Shown here: one piece after another, positions 1 through 52,623 of the stretch | How the letters are laid out: the number at the start of each line of letters is the position of its first letter | Position numbering within the stretch: the stretch's first letter is position 1 | Source of the DNA: Podarcis pityusensis | Taxonomy: Eukaryota | Reading direction: 5' to 3' (one strand) | DNA length: 64,000 bases | Assembly (NCBI GenBank): GCA_964106645.2 | Contig: OZ067054.1 | Program-made: the position numbers and the translations under genes | The notes under the pieces: generated by a model | Told to the model about the DNA's origin: nothing | The model's input: the letters and a program-made list of their open reading frames with translations, nothing else | The model's database searches: none

Positions 1-14251
<14,251 letters not shown>

Positions 14252-14278
14252 TGAACTTGAGTGACATGGAAGGATTAA

Positions 14279-14286
14279 AGTTCTCA
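14279..14286 (+). promoter_or_regulatory. miR-146 family 8mer target site (AGTTCTCA) in IRAK1 3'UTR
   Basis: Exact complement of miR-146 seed nt 2-8 plus A1, 28 nt after the stop. Confidence 0.75.
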
Positions 14287-14587
14287 CAGCGCTGACGGCA
14301 CTTTGCGTTTTACAGGGTCCCACCATCCTTGGGGGGGGTGCACATTCCTTAGCTGGTACTGCCAACCCTGTGGCACCCAGGGGTCCTGGTGGAATACGGC
14401 ATCAAGTTAACAACACAGCTCAAGCGGGGGGTGGCAGGGGCAATGGAGTCTATTTGAGTAGAAGATTAAAGTTTCTACCCCAAAACTGGAAGGGCAGTAG
14501 GAGGAGGGGATTTGTGTAGATTTTTACCCCTATGACCCTCCCTGCAAACGTCTCCGCACTACGTACTCCTTTTTCTTGAAGACAGTA

Positions 14588-14593
14588 AATAAA
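14588..14593 (+). terminator. IRAK1 polyadenylation signal AATAAA
   Basis: Canonical hexamer followed by T/GT-rich sequence. Confidence 0.65.
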
Positions 14594-15840
14594 ACATTTT
14601 ATATATTTGTAACCTGTCTGTATCCTTTTGGCTTACAAATTTGTACTTGGTACTGACAGAGGTCTGTTTTTTGTTTTGCTAGATTCATGTGGTATTAGGC
14701 TGAACAGCCAGCCTCTTAGGATATGGCAGTTTGTGACAAGGGAGAAGGAGAAAAACCATTTTATTTTCCATGTTCCCAGTATGCTGTGAATTCTGCCTGC
14801 CTTCCTCTTCCTCCTTTTCCAGGATGAGAAGATGAGACAGTCACAAAGGAAGAAGATGGAAGCCAAAGTCCCAAATAGGATGGTCAGACAGTTGCTTATT
14901 CGCTCTTTCTGACCCTTTTCAAGTGTGTCAAAGCAAGGGTAAAGAGGTGTCTGTAGGTGCTGCAGGTGGCCAGAGTCATGATTAAGAGTTGCTTGTATTT
15001 CCCCTGGTCTCTCTGCATGCAGAGCTGGCACTGGAGCAGTCAGTTGTAGCACCAGCAAGCTGCCCAACTGAATCTGCATGGTGGGCTGGCATGCTGAAAC
15101 ATTTTGCTGCCTGAATCAGAAAAGCCAAAACAGTATTGTTTATGGAGAAGCTCAAGTGAGAGAAAAATAATGTGGAGCAGTGATCTTTTAATCCCCCCCC
15201 CCCCTCGTTCACCTGTGTGAAAGCAGGCTGAGGGTGGCACAAACTTAGGCCAGAGGTTAAATTCTGGTGCCTGGCAGCCCTTTGAGACCATCACCTCCCT
15301 GATACTCCATCACAGCTTTTCAAATCAACAGCACACCTTCCTGATGGTACTATGTGTGTATGTACGTACACACACACATTATCTCTCTGTGTGTATATGT
15401 AGAGAGAGGTGTGAAGTTGGGTGTTTTAATAAGTGCCTCATTGCCTGCCCTGACACTCTGTGGAGGTTGGTCCATGGGGGCAAATAGGGCTCTGGCCCAG
15501 CAACTTCAGCCTTCGATTCCTCCAAGCCCACCTGCCTTTACTTGCAATCAGTCTAGAGGGTGTTTCTGGCTGCCACCTTCCTCCTTGGTCTCAGTGCTGC
15601 CCTTGTAGAACTAGCAGGCTGGCGCTAGAATCAATGGACTCTGTTTCTACCTACTGCTTACTTATCTCCCTGTCTTCTGCCCTGCCAGTCCCAGTGGACA
15701 CCAGCCTCCGCAGCTGAGACCTTTCTACTTGGGCAGGAAATAAACAGAACAAGCAACACTGTAGAAAGAAGTCCTTACCAACACCCCTGCCGGCCCTCTT
15801 GCACATGAAGAGAGGCTGGAGAAGTTTCTGTGTGCAGCTT

Positions 15841-15846
15841 TTTATT
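15841..15846 (-). terminator. TMEM187 polyadenylation signal AATAAA
   Basis: TTTATT on + strand about 110 nt past the stop. Confidence 0.6.
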
Positions 15847-15954
15847 TCAGATCCAGCAATTTAAAACCCCTCTGCCATTGCAGCCATGGCTAATGTTATG
15901 TACTTTGACTGTTAAGTTTATTTTAAAATTGGCATGTGACGATTGTGGACTAAT

Positions 15955-16800
15955 TCACTGAGACCAGAGCTGGCGCCTGCTCAGCTGGGTAAAAAAGCAG
16001 AAGGCAAAATGGAACTGCAGCACATCGCAGATCTTGGACCAAAAGTGACCAGTAAGCCGGCGGAAAGGTGCCCATTGTGCCAGCTCCTGGTCCCACAGCT
16101 TGAGGCTTACAAAGCCCAGGCAAGAGACCAATCCTAGCACCAGGATCCAAGCCGACCGGGCATTACCCAAATGTCTCTGCGCCTTCAGTGCTCTCCAAAC
16201 AATTATAAATATATGTCCACTCAATGCCAGCTCAAAGCCTTGGGGGTGAAGCAATGCCAGAACATAGCTCGTCAGTGAAGCTGCTTCCATGGCCAGGAAA
16301 GTGCCTGGCTGCCACCCGTGCTCCAGAAAGTGACACCAGACAACACCCCAAGCAAAAATTGGCAATGTCAACCACTGATCTAAGACAGCTGCCCAGTGAT
16401 GCTGTGTCCAGAGTCTCACCCATTGTACAGGCCCATATGCAAGCGCCATAAGGGCAAAGACCTCCTGGAGGTAGCATGCCTGACCTCTCTCATCACCTGA
16501 AGGCAGCCAGTGCCAGCCCAGAAAGATGTAGGCCAAGTTGACTAAACAATTGGCAGGCATAGCCAGTACGGGAGGCAATCCTGACACAGTTGGTTCAGCA
16601 TAGTACTCGTACCCAACTTCCGTGTGAACACCGTCAAAGACTCCTGAAGCCACAAGTCCCACACACAGCAGGAGGCCTCCAGACACCAGCAAGAGTGGTT
16701 CTCTGCCTCCTGGTTTCCTCACAGTCCTTTCCAAAGTTCTGGAGGGTTCTTCCTGAATGACGGCCGAACTGCTCCTGCAGCAACTGTTCTGCCGTAACAT
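15955..16800 (-). CDS. TMEM187: Transmembrane protein 187, single coding exon, 281 aa from first in-frame ATG
   Basis: GVFD...VGYEYYAE, YGPVQWVRLWTQ, AVLDQWLTLPIFAW and TGHFWSKICDVLQFHFAF match TMEM187; lies between IRAK1 and HCFC1 as in human; acceptor with pyrimidine tract near 16909-16930. Confidence 0.93.
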   Translation of the reverse strand: MLRQNSCCRSSSAVIQEEPSRTLERTVRKPGGREPLLLVSGGLLLCVGLVASGVFDGVHTEVGYEYYAEPTVSGLPPVLAMPANCLVNLAYIFLGWHWLPSGDERGQACYLQEVFALMALAYGPVQWVRLWTQHHWAAVLDQWLTLPIFAWGVVWCHFLEHGWQPGTFLAMEAASLTSYVLALLHPQGFELALSGHIFIIVWRALKAQRHLGNARSAWILVLGLVSCLGFVSLKLWDQELAQWAPFRRLTGHFWSKICDVLQFHFAFCFFTQLSRRQLWSQ

Positions 16801-18431
16801 GTTGCTTGCTTTGGCAAAAGCCTCCCAAATGCAATTCACAGGTGGTGCGAGGCAGGCTTCCGAGCCTGGTGTTTTCCTATCCCAGTGTGGACTTTGATTC
16901 TCCTTCCCCTACTAACAGCACAAAAAAGGCGGAGTGAATGGGCATTCATGACCAAGAGGGACAGCTGTGCTCTTATCTGGCACGTTTAATGTATTATTGG
17001 CCTTTTCTCTTCTTCACTCCACCCCTCCCCTTTCCCCCCAGAGCAGAGATTGGTGCCTGTGTAGAACTACTTACATGCATAGGCCCTGTCGGTTTCCTTG
17101 GCAGCCGCTCCAGTCACGCTGCTTCCAGTGAATGTGGTTATGAAACAGCTGCAGCGGCAGGATTGGCTGCTGGTGACATCACGGCACAGCGGGGGTGAGG
17201 TTGCTTCCTTCCCAAGGTCTTGTGTTTTGTAACCATGGGGACAGCAGCTGCCAGCCTCTAGGTGGTCCCTTGGGTTAGGCCTGCAAGACATCCTGTAGCT
17301 GGATCTTTACTGCAGAGGCTTTGCTCCCAGTGCCTTTAAAAGAACCTCTACAGGACCCGTGTCAGTTCTTCAAAAATGACATAATACAAAACAACCCACC
17401 ACAGAAGAAGTACCGAGTCTAAATATCATTCAGGAAGTGTTTGGTTATCAAGTTTCTTTGGATATGAGGGCAGTATTAATGAGGAATGTTATTTATTATA
17501 TTTATAGCTTACCTTTCCGCTAAGAAGCTAAAGGCAGTTTGCATTTTATCCTTGCAACAGCCCCATGAAGCAGGTTAGGTACAGGAAGAAGGTGGCTGGC
17601 CTAGAGTCGCCCAGGCAGCTTCAGGGCTGAGAGCAGCAATTTGAACCAGGGCAAGTGGCTCCCTAACATTTTCTCCCCTGGACCTCTGAAAAACTGCTGA
17701 GGGTCTTAATGATTTTTCTGTAGCAACAGTAATGCGCTTTGCTAGATGCTGCATGGTTTTTAATTCTGTTTTCGTTGCTTCTTTTACTTCTTATGTACAG
17801 TGTTCTATTTATTCTATTCCACAGAAGTCAAATTGTAGTGCAATAAAATAAGAAATAAAAGCAATAAAAATGCAATTTAAACTCATTATGAATATTTAAC
17901 ACAATGGATGTGTGGTCTTCCATTTTCAGTCACAAATCTAGACACATGCAGTGGACCACCTGAATGAAGCTTGCGGGTAACAGTTTGGAAACCTCTGAAC
18001 TAGAGTCTTTCTAGCCCCAGTGTGTGACACACTGGCTCTCTTAGTTTAGGACATGTCCCTTTAAATGTGCAGTTTAAAGGGTGCTTTAAATGAGAGAAGG
18101 AATGAATTTTTAAGTCTTTTAAACAAATATATTCATATTTTAATTCATCATTAACAAAAAGGGAAGGGAAAACAAGAAGCATCAGACTCTGGCTGAAATC
18201 CTGTACCCAGTTTCCTGGAAGTAAGCCCTATGCAACTAAATGGGACATAGTTACATCTATAAGATGATGATCTTAAAACTATTATAACATATTCTTCAAC
18301 ATCTGTCATGACTCTTTTAACCGATGAACATGTCCAAAATATCACCAAAATCTGTTTCTCACCAGCCCTAGTTTTAAGATAGCCAGCCTTTCCCCCCATT
18401 AAATCTACATCCCAACCAGCTCTGGAGTATG

Positions 18432-18624
18432 CAGTGGTACCTCGAGTTAAGAATTTGTTCTGGAGGTCCATTCTTAACCTGATGTACCACTTTAGTTAAT
18501 GCGGCCTCCCGCTGCTGGTGCGCGATTTCTGTTCTCATCCTGAAGCAAAGTTCTTAACCCGAGGTACTATTCCTGGGTTAGCGAAGTCTGTAACCTGAAG
18601 CGTCTGCAACCTGAGGTACCATTG
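18432..18624. mobile_element. Tc1/mariner (Tigger-like) MITE
   Basis: TIRs CAGTGGTACCTC / GAGGTACCATTG, TA on right flank; homologous to 25684-25917. Confidence 0.85.
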
Positions 18625-19274
18625 TAGTCACAACTTTCCCCATGCTTTTGTTAGGCATATCTTTGTTGCTAATTAGAAAAGCATGTTGTTCACAAGTTAT
18701 ATATTTTGAAAGGTGTCCTTTGGCTGCAGAAGTCAAGCCCATGCACCACAAAACCATTGTCAATGCGCTTTCGGGGGAGGGGCACCTTGCGTGAAAGGGA
18801 TGCAATAGAACTGGAAAGTATTGCACTGTGTGTGGAGCACACGACAAAAGTGTGTTCACACCATGACAAATATGAATAAAATACTACATGTGTATAAACC
18901 CCCAAGGATGGTAACATACAGACATTTGTGACTTTCTGATTCATGTTCATTATTCAGCCCCAAACATCTTGAATGTTTACTTTAAAAATGAAAGACTGTT
19001 GGGGGACTTTAGTGTTGTGCTATTATAATTGTTTTGTCAGTGCAAGCATTTCTGTTTGTCAGATGGAATAATCCCCCTCTCCTCCCCGACTTGCTCTTCT
19101 GGGGGTTCTTCTTGACCCTCCAGAGCAGATCTGTGGGAGGCCGGGAAAGTCTACTTGCATTAGCCAATGTTATTGCACTGGTTTCCACTAGTGAGCCGGG
19201 TATAAGCCCCAGGTTTTTTCAACTTTGTTGAAAATGATTTTACTTTCCCTATAAAATAGAATGGGGACTCTGTA

Positions 19275-21465
19275 ATTTTTTTTAAATGATATTTATTAAG
19301 AATTTTAGAATTACAAAAAAAAAAAACAAAAAAGAAAAGGAAAAAGAAAAAACAGGAAAACAAACAAACCACAGTACAAATTGATAAAAATCAAAATCAA
19401 AAAATAAGAACAAAGCACGTAACACAACACAATCAAAAAGCAAAAATAAGCCACAAACATTTTAAAACAAATCCAATATTCTCAAATCCTTAACTGTCAT
19501 TACCTTCTTTCTTTGACCTCCTCACTCCTCCCTTTTTTTGTATCCTAGTTAATTGTCACAGCAAATCCTTTCAATTTTTCATAATATTCTGTCATTACAT
19601 TACCTTAATCTATTTTAACCTTATCTTATTATAAAAGACCCTAAAACTTGAAACTTAGATCTTATTTATACCAATTTCTCATAACCATAACATATTCTTA
19701 CATAATTCTTTTAACATTTTTGCTAAAGCCAGATGATTTCGTTCCAACATTTTTCTAACATTCATCAATTTTATAAAGCAATCCTAATAAAAAAAAAATT
19801 CTTCCAATCTTCATCTAGCGTCTCTTCCTCCTGGTCCCGGGTTTTGTCAGTCCTTTCTATCCCATCAATCTAGCGCATTAACCTGGTAATCTTATGTCCG
19901 AGGCCCTTAAGTCTCTTCCATGTCCCTTCCGCGGCTCTTCTTCATATTTATACCTGTAGTTTACTTTGTCTCCTGCTCCTTTCACTCGTGGGAACTCCAA
20001 CTTGACAGTGTTTTTGACCCTTCTCGACAAATCAGTCCCTTTTCCATATTCCACACTAAACTCCATGTTGTATTTAAAAACATGTTTCAAAGTCCCTCCA
20101 GAATTAAGAGCCTCCACAACCCCAAACATCTCACGGCCCATTGCCAGACTTGAAAAGTCCAAACATCCCTGCATAGAGGGGTCTATCCAACCCCCCATTT
20201 CCAAACCAAACCAAACTTTATCTTTCCAAATCTGGCTTTTTCCAAGTTCATTTGTCAGATCCAAGAACTCATGTTCCTGCTGGGCCACAGCTCCCTCCAT
20301 CTCTGGTGCCCGAGGTTCAGCAACATCCTCTTCCCTCATCTGATCTGTCAGAGCACACTCCTGATTTGATTCCTGGGTGGGCTCTATATAGTTTCCCACT
20401 ACCTGTCCAAAATTTCTGATCGCAGCAGTCATCAAGTCCGTCTTCTCATGTAGCTGTTCCAGTAGGGCACTTGTTTTGCAGAGAGCACGCAGCAGAGCTT
20501 CTGAATACATTGTTCTGCAAGGTCAGAAGACTATTCCCACGATCGTAATCTGTTGCAGCTGCAGAGCTCCCCGATTCAGATTTAGTAACAGTTTCACAGG
20601 CTCCCTCTAGGGGAAGAACTTCTATTTGTTCTTTTATTTTAAAGGCAGATCTAGCAACAAAGTTTCCTTTTTCAGATATTTTGTCAATATTTGTTCCTTT
20701 AAAATGCGAAGGAGAACAATGGAATCACTATGTTTCTCTTCTTTTAACTATCTGTCAAAGACGTTTGTCTCTGGTCAATGAGCTTCCCAATGAACGTCAG
20801 TCCTAACACCCCGCTCCCAGGATCAAGACGGTGGAAAATTACTTTGCTTTACACTCTCTTCTGCAGGTTTAAACAGTCGGAAAAAATCCCCCCTCTTCTC
20901 CTGCTTCCGAAGGGGGTTCAACAATTTTAAATGATGAAAGTTAATCCTTTACAAGCAATTTTCTGAACTCTAGTTTGTCATGTCTTTGCTTTAATCTATC
21001 TACAAGAAAAGGAAGGCTGACTTCCTGTTTAGACCTTCCCGTTTCAGTGCCAAATTGAGATGAATTTCTTAGTCCAATTTTCCTTTCTACTCGCAGATCA
21101 TTATTTAAAGTCCAATTGTCCGAAATTAAAGTACTCACGGGTAATTGTTTTAAAAGCCAAATTGTCCCAGGAAAAAGGCAGCGCTCTCCGGCAATGGCTG
21201 TGTGGCTTCGCTCCACGGAAGAAGCAGCTGACTCTCAGCACTGCGCCACTTCCCCCCTTCGCTCCAGAGCCCGTAAGTGGGTTCCTTTACGGGTTGGGGG
21301 GGCGCTAAAGGTGCCCGCCGAGTCCCATGGTCACAGGCTTCATCCGCCTGTGATTTTTGAAAGGGTCCCCACTTCGCCGTAGCGGGAAAGACCCATTTTC
21401 CGTGGAGCTGGTCCCTCTGGATCAGAGGGAATCCGCCATTACCGATGGCGCCACCCCGGAAGTCC
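19275..21465 (-). mobile_element. Non-autonomous L1-derived (HAL1-like) retroelement, full length, with 18-bp TSD
   Basis: TSD tagaatggggactctgta at 19257-19274 and 21466-21483; poly(A) tail 19276-19283; AATAAA 19292-19297; CpG-rich 5' end GGACTTCCGG; no RT domain visible. Confidence 0.85.
19878..20510 (-). CDS. 210-aa ORF inside the TSD-flanked retroelement, unknown function
   Basis: ATG-initiated uninterrupted ORF with a heptad-like N-terminus and acidic middle; no recognisable domain. Confidence 0.5.
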   Translation of the reverse strand: MYSEALLRALCKTSALLEQLHEKTDLMTAAIRNFGQVVGNYIEPTQESNQECALTDQMREEDVAEPRAPEMEGAVAQQEHEFLDLTNELGKSQIWKDKVWFGLEMGGWIDPSMQGCLDFSSLAMGREMFGVVEALNSGGTLKHVFKYNMEFSVEYGKGTDLSRRVKNTVKLEFPRVKGAGDKVNYRYKYEEEPRKGHGRDLRASDIRLPG

Positions 21466-21744
21466 TAGAATGGGGACTCTGTAGCCCCCCAGATCCTCTT
21501 GGACCCCAACTTCCATCACCCCAGATAGCATGGCCAGCACTCAAAGATGATGGGAATTGTAGTCCAGCAATGCCTGGAAAGTTGCAGGCTCCCCATCCCT
21601 GCTATAAAAAATAATTCAAGGGACTGGCCCATGACATTTAAGAAAATTCCAATTAACACTTGCTCCCCTCCCAGCAAGTGGAAAGATCAACCTAGAAAGT
21701 GTCTTCTGCAATCCCCACTGAAATGAGTAGCATAGAGCAGTGCA

Positions 21745-22310
21745 CAACCTCTTGAAGGAGGCTGTTCCTCTTACAGAAAGTTTTTCCTGATATTTACCAG
21801 TAGTTGGAATCTCCTTTCTTGTAACTTGAATCCATTGGTTCATGTTGTACCCTCCAGAGCAGGTAAAAACAAGCTTGCTCCATCTTCCATGTGACAGCTC
21901 TTGAGATATTTGAAGATGCCTACCATATCTCCTATTTGCCAGGTTAAACCTACCCAGCTCTTTCAACCATTCCTCAACAGGCTTGGTTTCCAGACCCTTG
22001 ATCATCTTGGTCGCCCTCATCTGCACACATTCCAAGTTGTCAATATCCTTCTTAAATTGTGGCATCCAGGTGTGGTCTGACCAAGGCAGAATAGAGGAGG
22101 ACTATTACTTCCCTTGATCGGGACACTAGACTTTTTTTGCTGTTGCATCACACTGTTGACTCATGTTCAGCTTGTGGTCCACTAAGACCCCTAGATCCCT
22201 TTCACATGTATTACTGACAAGCCAGGTGTCCCCCATCTTGTATTGGTACAGCAGCTTCTTCCTACCTAAGTGCAGAACCTTGCATTTGTCCCTCTTGAAA
22301 TTTATTTAGT
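21745..22310 (-). mobile_element. CR1 LINE fragment
   Basis: [25 protein letters not shown]; closely similar to 9990-10560. Confidence 0.9.
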
Positions 22311-22974
22311 TAGTGGACCTCTGGGGAGGAACCATGGTGGATTAAATGTATCCTGTTGAAACTCCATCGACAGAGATAGTTATGTAGTGACTGATGACAG
22401 CCAAGCCATAAATCTAGGTTATTGAATTATCTCCAAAGAATAGACACAACAGGGATTAACTTCCAGTGCTCTGAAAAGGCTGCTTTCTCACTGAGGGACA
22501 AAGAAACTTTCAAGAGACTCAGATGGGGTGAGTGACTGAGAACAGAAGAACCGTAATCTTGCCCAAACACCGCATAATAGCCCTAAGGGTCAATCCTTAG
22601 GGCAAAGATTGACTAAACCTCTATTTCTTCAATTAATTCTGAATCTGCTATAAATTATCACTGAGACTATCTCTCTGCCAGTTAAAATGTACATCTGAAA
22701 TATGACCCAACTGCTGTCTTAAGATGAGATGGCACTAAGGGGATGAAAACAAAACAAAAATTATGGTTTAATCATACATATCTAAGAAAGATTCTAAACA
22801 GCTAAGAGGCGATCCAAGTTTCAGGAATTTTCATTTAATTTTGTTCTATTTTTAATCCTCCACTTCACTGGTGAATGTGCTGATTATAACATGAAACTAC
22901 ATGTTCTAATCATGTGTTGCTGTGAGAGAGGAATGCTAGAAATGTATTTCTGATAAGCAAGGACTGTGTGGATC

Positions 22975-23780
22975 TTAGAGAAAGCACTCAGTATGATGAA
23001 ATACTGGAAAAAAACCTCCACTGACTGTTGGTTTCATGCAGCAACTACTGAATGAGCAATTGAAAGAGCTCAGAGCGGAGATGAATAAAAATGGAATGGA
23101 CAAAGCTGAGGCTGAAGAAGCCACAGAGTGTTTTGGGGGGGAAATACCGATGGAGGATTGCCAGAACAAGAGAATGGAATGGCAAAGCTGGAGTTAGTAG
23201 ATGATGAAATGGAGAGGACCTCCACACAGGTGCCTGGATGAGTGAAACAGCCAAATGATGAAGTTATGATGTTGGAGGAGGAGAATGAAACCATGGACAG
23301 AGAGATTAAGAAATACCCAGAGCTGGCAGAGACATTGATGAGAAAGAAAAGACTCTGCATATAATTTGGAGTGAAATTAAGAGGGGAAAGCTCCTAAGCC
23401 TCTGGCAACACTTTTGGAAAAAGAATGGAAGAAGAGGAAATGGAAGCCATTAAAAAAGAAGAAGATGGAAAACCTAAGCCAACAGGAAATGGGATTGGAA
23501 GATATGGATCTGGGTGTGAATTGGGGAATATACAATAAGTAAATAACTATGGATTACTGTCTCAATATATGAATGCAGAGAAGAGACTTCTGGGGGAATA
23601 AAAATCAAGGATTTATTGTTTCTCAATATTGGATGTAAAGTCGTTATGTTGGATTGGGGAAACAATATTGTTGACTTTTACCGATAATAGTAATTGGAAA
23701 ACCTCTTTTAGACTTTTTGTGTGGAAGGGAAAATGAATGAGCTTGCAATACCTGGACTTGAAAACTGGAAAAACATTGCC
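22975..23780 (+). mobile_element. Degraded L1-related remnant
   Basis: Purine-rich broken ORF, and a WKTSFRLF/DFLC-like L1 ORF2 terminal stretch near 23695-23730. Confidence 0.35.
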
Positions 23781-24039
23781 TAGCAGAAGGAGAAACAGCT
23801 GAACAGTTTGTTTTTTTTATGTTCTCTGATCTGGGTTAATGAGGGGACTGCACACAGGTGGAGGTGATGGGTGTTTGGTGAAGGACCCTGTGTGAGAGGC
23901 AGGGAAAGGAAGATTTCCCAAGATGGGAGGCCGGGAGAAGAAACAGAAGCTCCCAGGTAACAGCTGGGAGGGTTCACCTCTTTCTGTGTGGGACAAGAGC
24001 TAAGATCTACCTGTGAGAAATGAGATTCATCTGGCATGA

Positions 24040-24770
24040 CTTGCTGTAGGATGCAGTGCCATGAGTAGAATTTCCCCAGATGAGCAAAGTGATCTTGCAG
24101 TCTTCCAGGCAACCTGGTCCCAAGTTGTACAGGGTTTTATTTGTTAACAAGACCCCGAATGTAGCCCGGTAGCTGATCAGCAACCAGTGCAGTTCCCTCA
24201 GTGCACATGTATGTGTGTGCAGGTATTCCACTCAACCTCACTGCAGCATTGTGCACCAATAGCACAGAAAGACTGAAAGAGAGTGCATTACAGTAGTCCA
24301 GTTGTGAGGACTATTACATGAATCACAGTGACTAAGCTATCCCTGTTGAAGAAATGGTACAACTGGCATACCAGCCTAAGGTGATAATAGGCATTCCATG
24401 TCACAGAGGTCACCTGAGCATGGCAGGAGATCAATTTAGTAACACCATCGTATTATGGGCCTGTTCCTCCAGAGCGCATGCAACCCCATCCAAAACAGGT
24501 GAACTCCTTGGGCATGGGAACCGCTTACCCCCCGTGTCTCCATCTCACCAGGATTCAGCCTCAATTTGTTGGTCCTCACAGTGTCTCACTGCATCCAGGC
24601 ACTGGTTTAAAACAGTCACAGCCTCTCCCGATTCAGATGTTATGGAGAACAGAGGTGGGTGTCATCAGCATACAGATGACACTGCACCCCAAATCTCCTA
24701 ATGACTGCTTCCAACAGCTTCAAATCAATATTAAACAGAACAGGGCTTTGCCTTTGTGCATCAAGCATGT
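24040..24770 (-). mobile_element. L2-type LINE RT fragment
   Basis: SPVLFNIDLKLLEAVIRRFGVQCHLYADDTHL (YADD motif); downstream LHWLLISYR-like peptide. Confidence 0.8.
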
Positions 24771-25683
24771 TCAGATGGGGGACAAGAGATAATCTCTCAC
24801 TGCTACTGGGGTGCTTCTCCCTGTATCTGTTCTCATGCCCAATTGCCACCTGCTACCCAGGAAACTGCCACAGCTGCAGGGTTTGATATGCCTCAGCATC
24901 CACTTCCCACCCCACAAACTAGGGCAGGAAACCCACAGCTGCAGAGATGGGTTAGCAAAACTGGAGGTAGGTCAAGGAGGCCTCACCTCACCACTACCTG
25001 AGGCTCAGCTTAACCTTTTCTCTAGCCTTGCTCCTGTGTTTGTAACTGCTGTCTGACATTTAAAAGATGAGACTTTTTTCTAGCATGTATAGAGATAACT
25101 AGGGAGGAAAGCTTTGCCTACTGAAGCACTGTGTACCAGGTGCAGTAAAACAAAAATACAAAATTTAGCAACCTTTGAGGGCAATATGGCAATTCAGAAA
25201 TGCTGTGTGGGTATGCACTAGGCAGCTGCACATGGATTCCTAATCTCTCTGTAAGACTCAGTGCCCAGCATTCTGTCACAGCATGACTATGAACCCTGAA
25301 CCTCCACATGGGCCTATGCAGACACAAGAACCCCAGTGGCATTCTCCAGTGTGCCTTTTAGCTTTCTCCTATATAAAGGAACAATTGCCAATTTCTGCTA
25401 TGAGGAAAGAGCAAGACACCCAAGGATACGATTGTTGTGAGAGCAAATACCTGCCCTCCAGCCCTGGCTCTCGGTGGCTTTGCCCTCATTTACAGAGACC
25501 TGCAGGAGGGACTGCACCCTCTCATGACTTTGCAGCAAACAAGCTCTTGGACCATCCTCACTCTTAACGCTCATTTTGCTAAGGACTGTGGTTTTTTAGC
25601 ATCTGAAACTAGCAGGTGTTGAAACTGATTGAACTCCCCTTCTGCCTTTCTTGCTATTTCTTTTGTAATGGTTTTTAAACATA

Positions 25684-25917
25684 CACTGGTACCTCGGGTT
25701 AAGTACTTAATTCGTTCCGGAGGTCCGTACTTAACCTGAAACTGTTCTTAATCTGAAGCACAACTTTAGCTAATGGGGCCTCCTGCTGCTGCCGGAGCAC
25801 GATTTCTGTTCTCATCCTGAAGCAAAGTTCTTAACCTGAAGCACTAATTCTGGGTTAGTGGAGTCTGTAACCTGAAGCGTATGTAACCTAAAGCGTATGT
25901 AACCTGAGGTACCACTG
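25684..25917. mobile_element. Tc1/mariner (Tigger-like) MITE
   Basis: TA|CACTGGTACCTC ... GAGGTACCACTG|TA. Confidence 0.88.
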
Positions 25918-26649
25918 TATATATATATATCAGCAACTTTCCCCCCAGTTCAGGGCGAGCATTTAGTTTTAAACACAGGATTGACTGTTAATGTATTTGT
26001 TGTTGTTCTAGATTAGGAAGAACACCACAGAACCCATTGTGTATCACATTGGTTTTGCTTTATTCGTAGCAATGATTGGATTTGGGTTGCATTCCTATGT
26101 CTGCTGAGAGTAAGCGCAACTGCCCTCAAAGGGACCGATTTCTGAGCAGACATATATCGACCTGTGCTATGAATCAGATGCAGCTTCTTGTCATGCACTT
26201 TCAGTCTTCAAAATGCTCTGATGCCCACTTGCTCAACGATATATCCAAATCTACATTTATTTGGGGGGGGGAAGCAAGTGCTGCTTATTTGCATGAAATG
26301 CTCCTCCCACTGCTACCTTCCTAAAATAGCATACTATGGCCACAAAACATATATGTACTCCCCCCCCCCCAATATACTGCGCGTCGTGTTTGCTACAGAA
26401 ACAAGCAAACCAGGCGGCTCCCCGCCTGAGCAAGCAAATGTAGGAGGGGAGGATAGTCACAAATGCAGCTAATTGTGGATACAACATTTCCCGCTCCACA
26501 TCCCCCCCCCAAAAAAAACCCCTGCCGGCGACTTTTCGTAAGGGAGACAGCATGGAGGGACCCTTTATCAGTACTGTACAGTAGTATTATTTAAACCGAA
26601 ACACGCCGCTTGCAGTCCTGGCCACCCCTACCTGGGCTTAAGCTTCATT

Positions 26650-52623
<25,974 letters not shown>

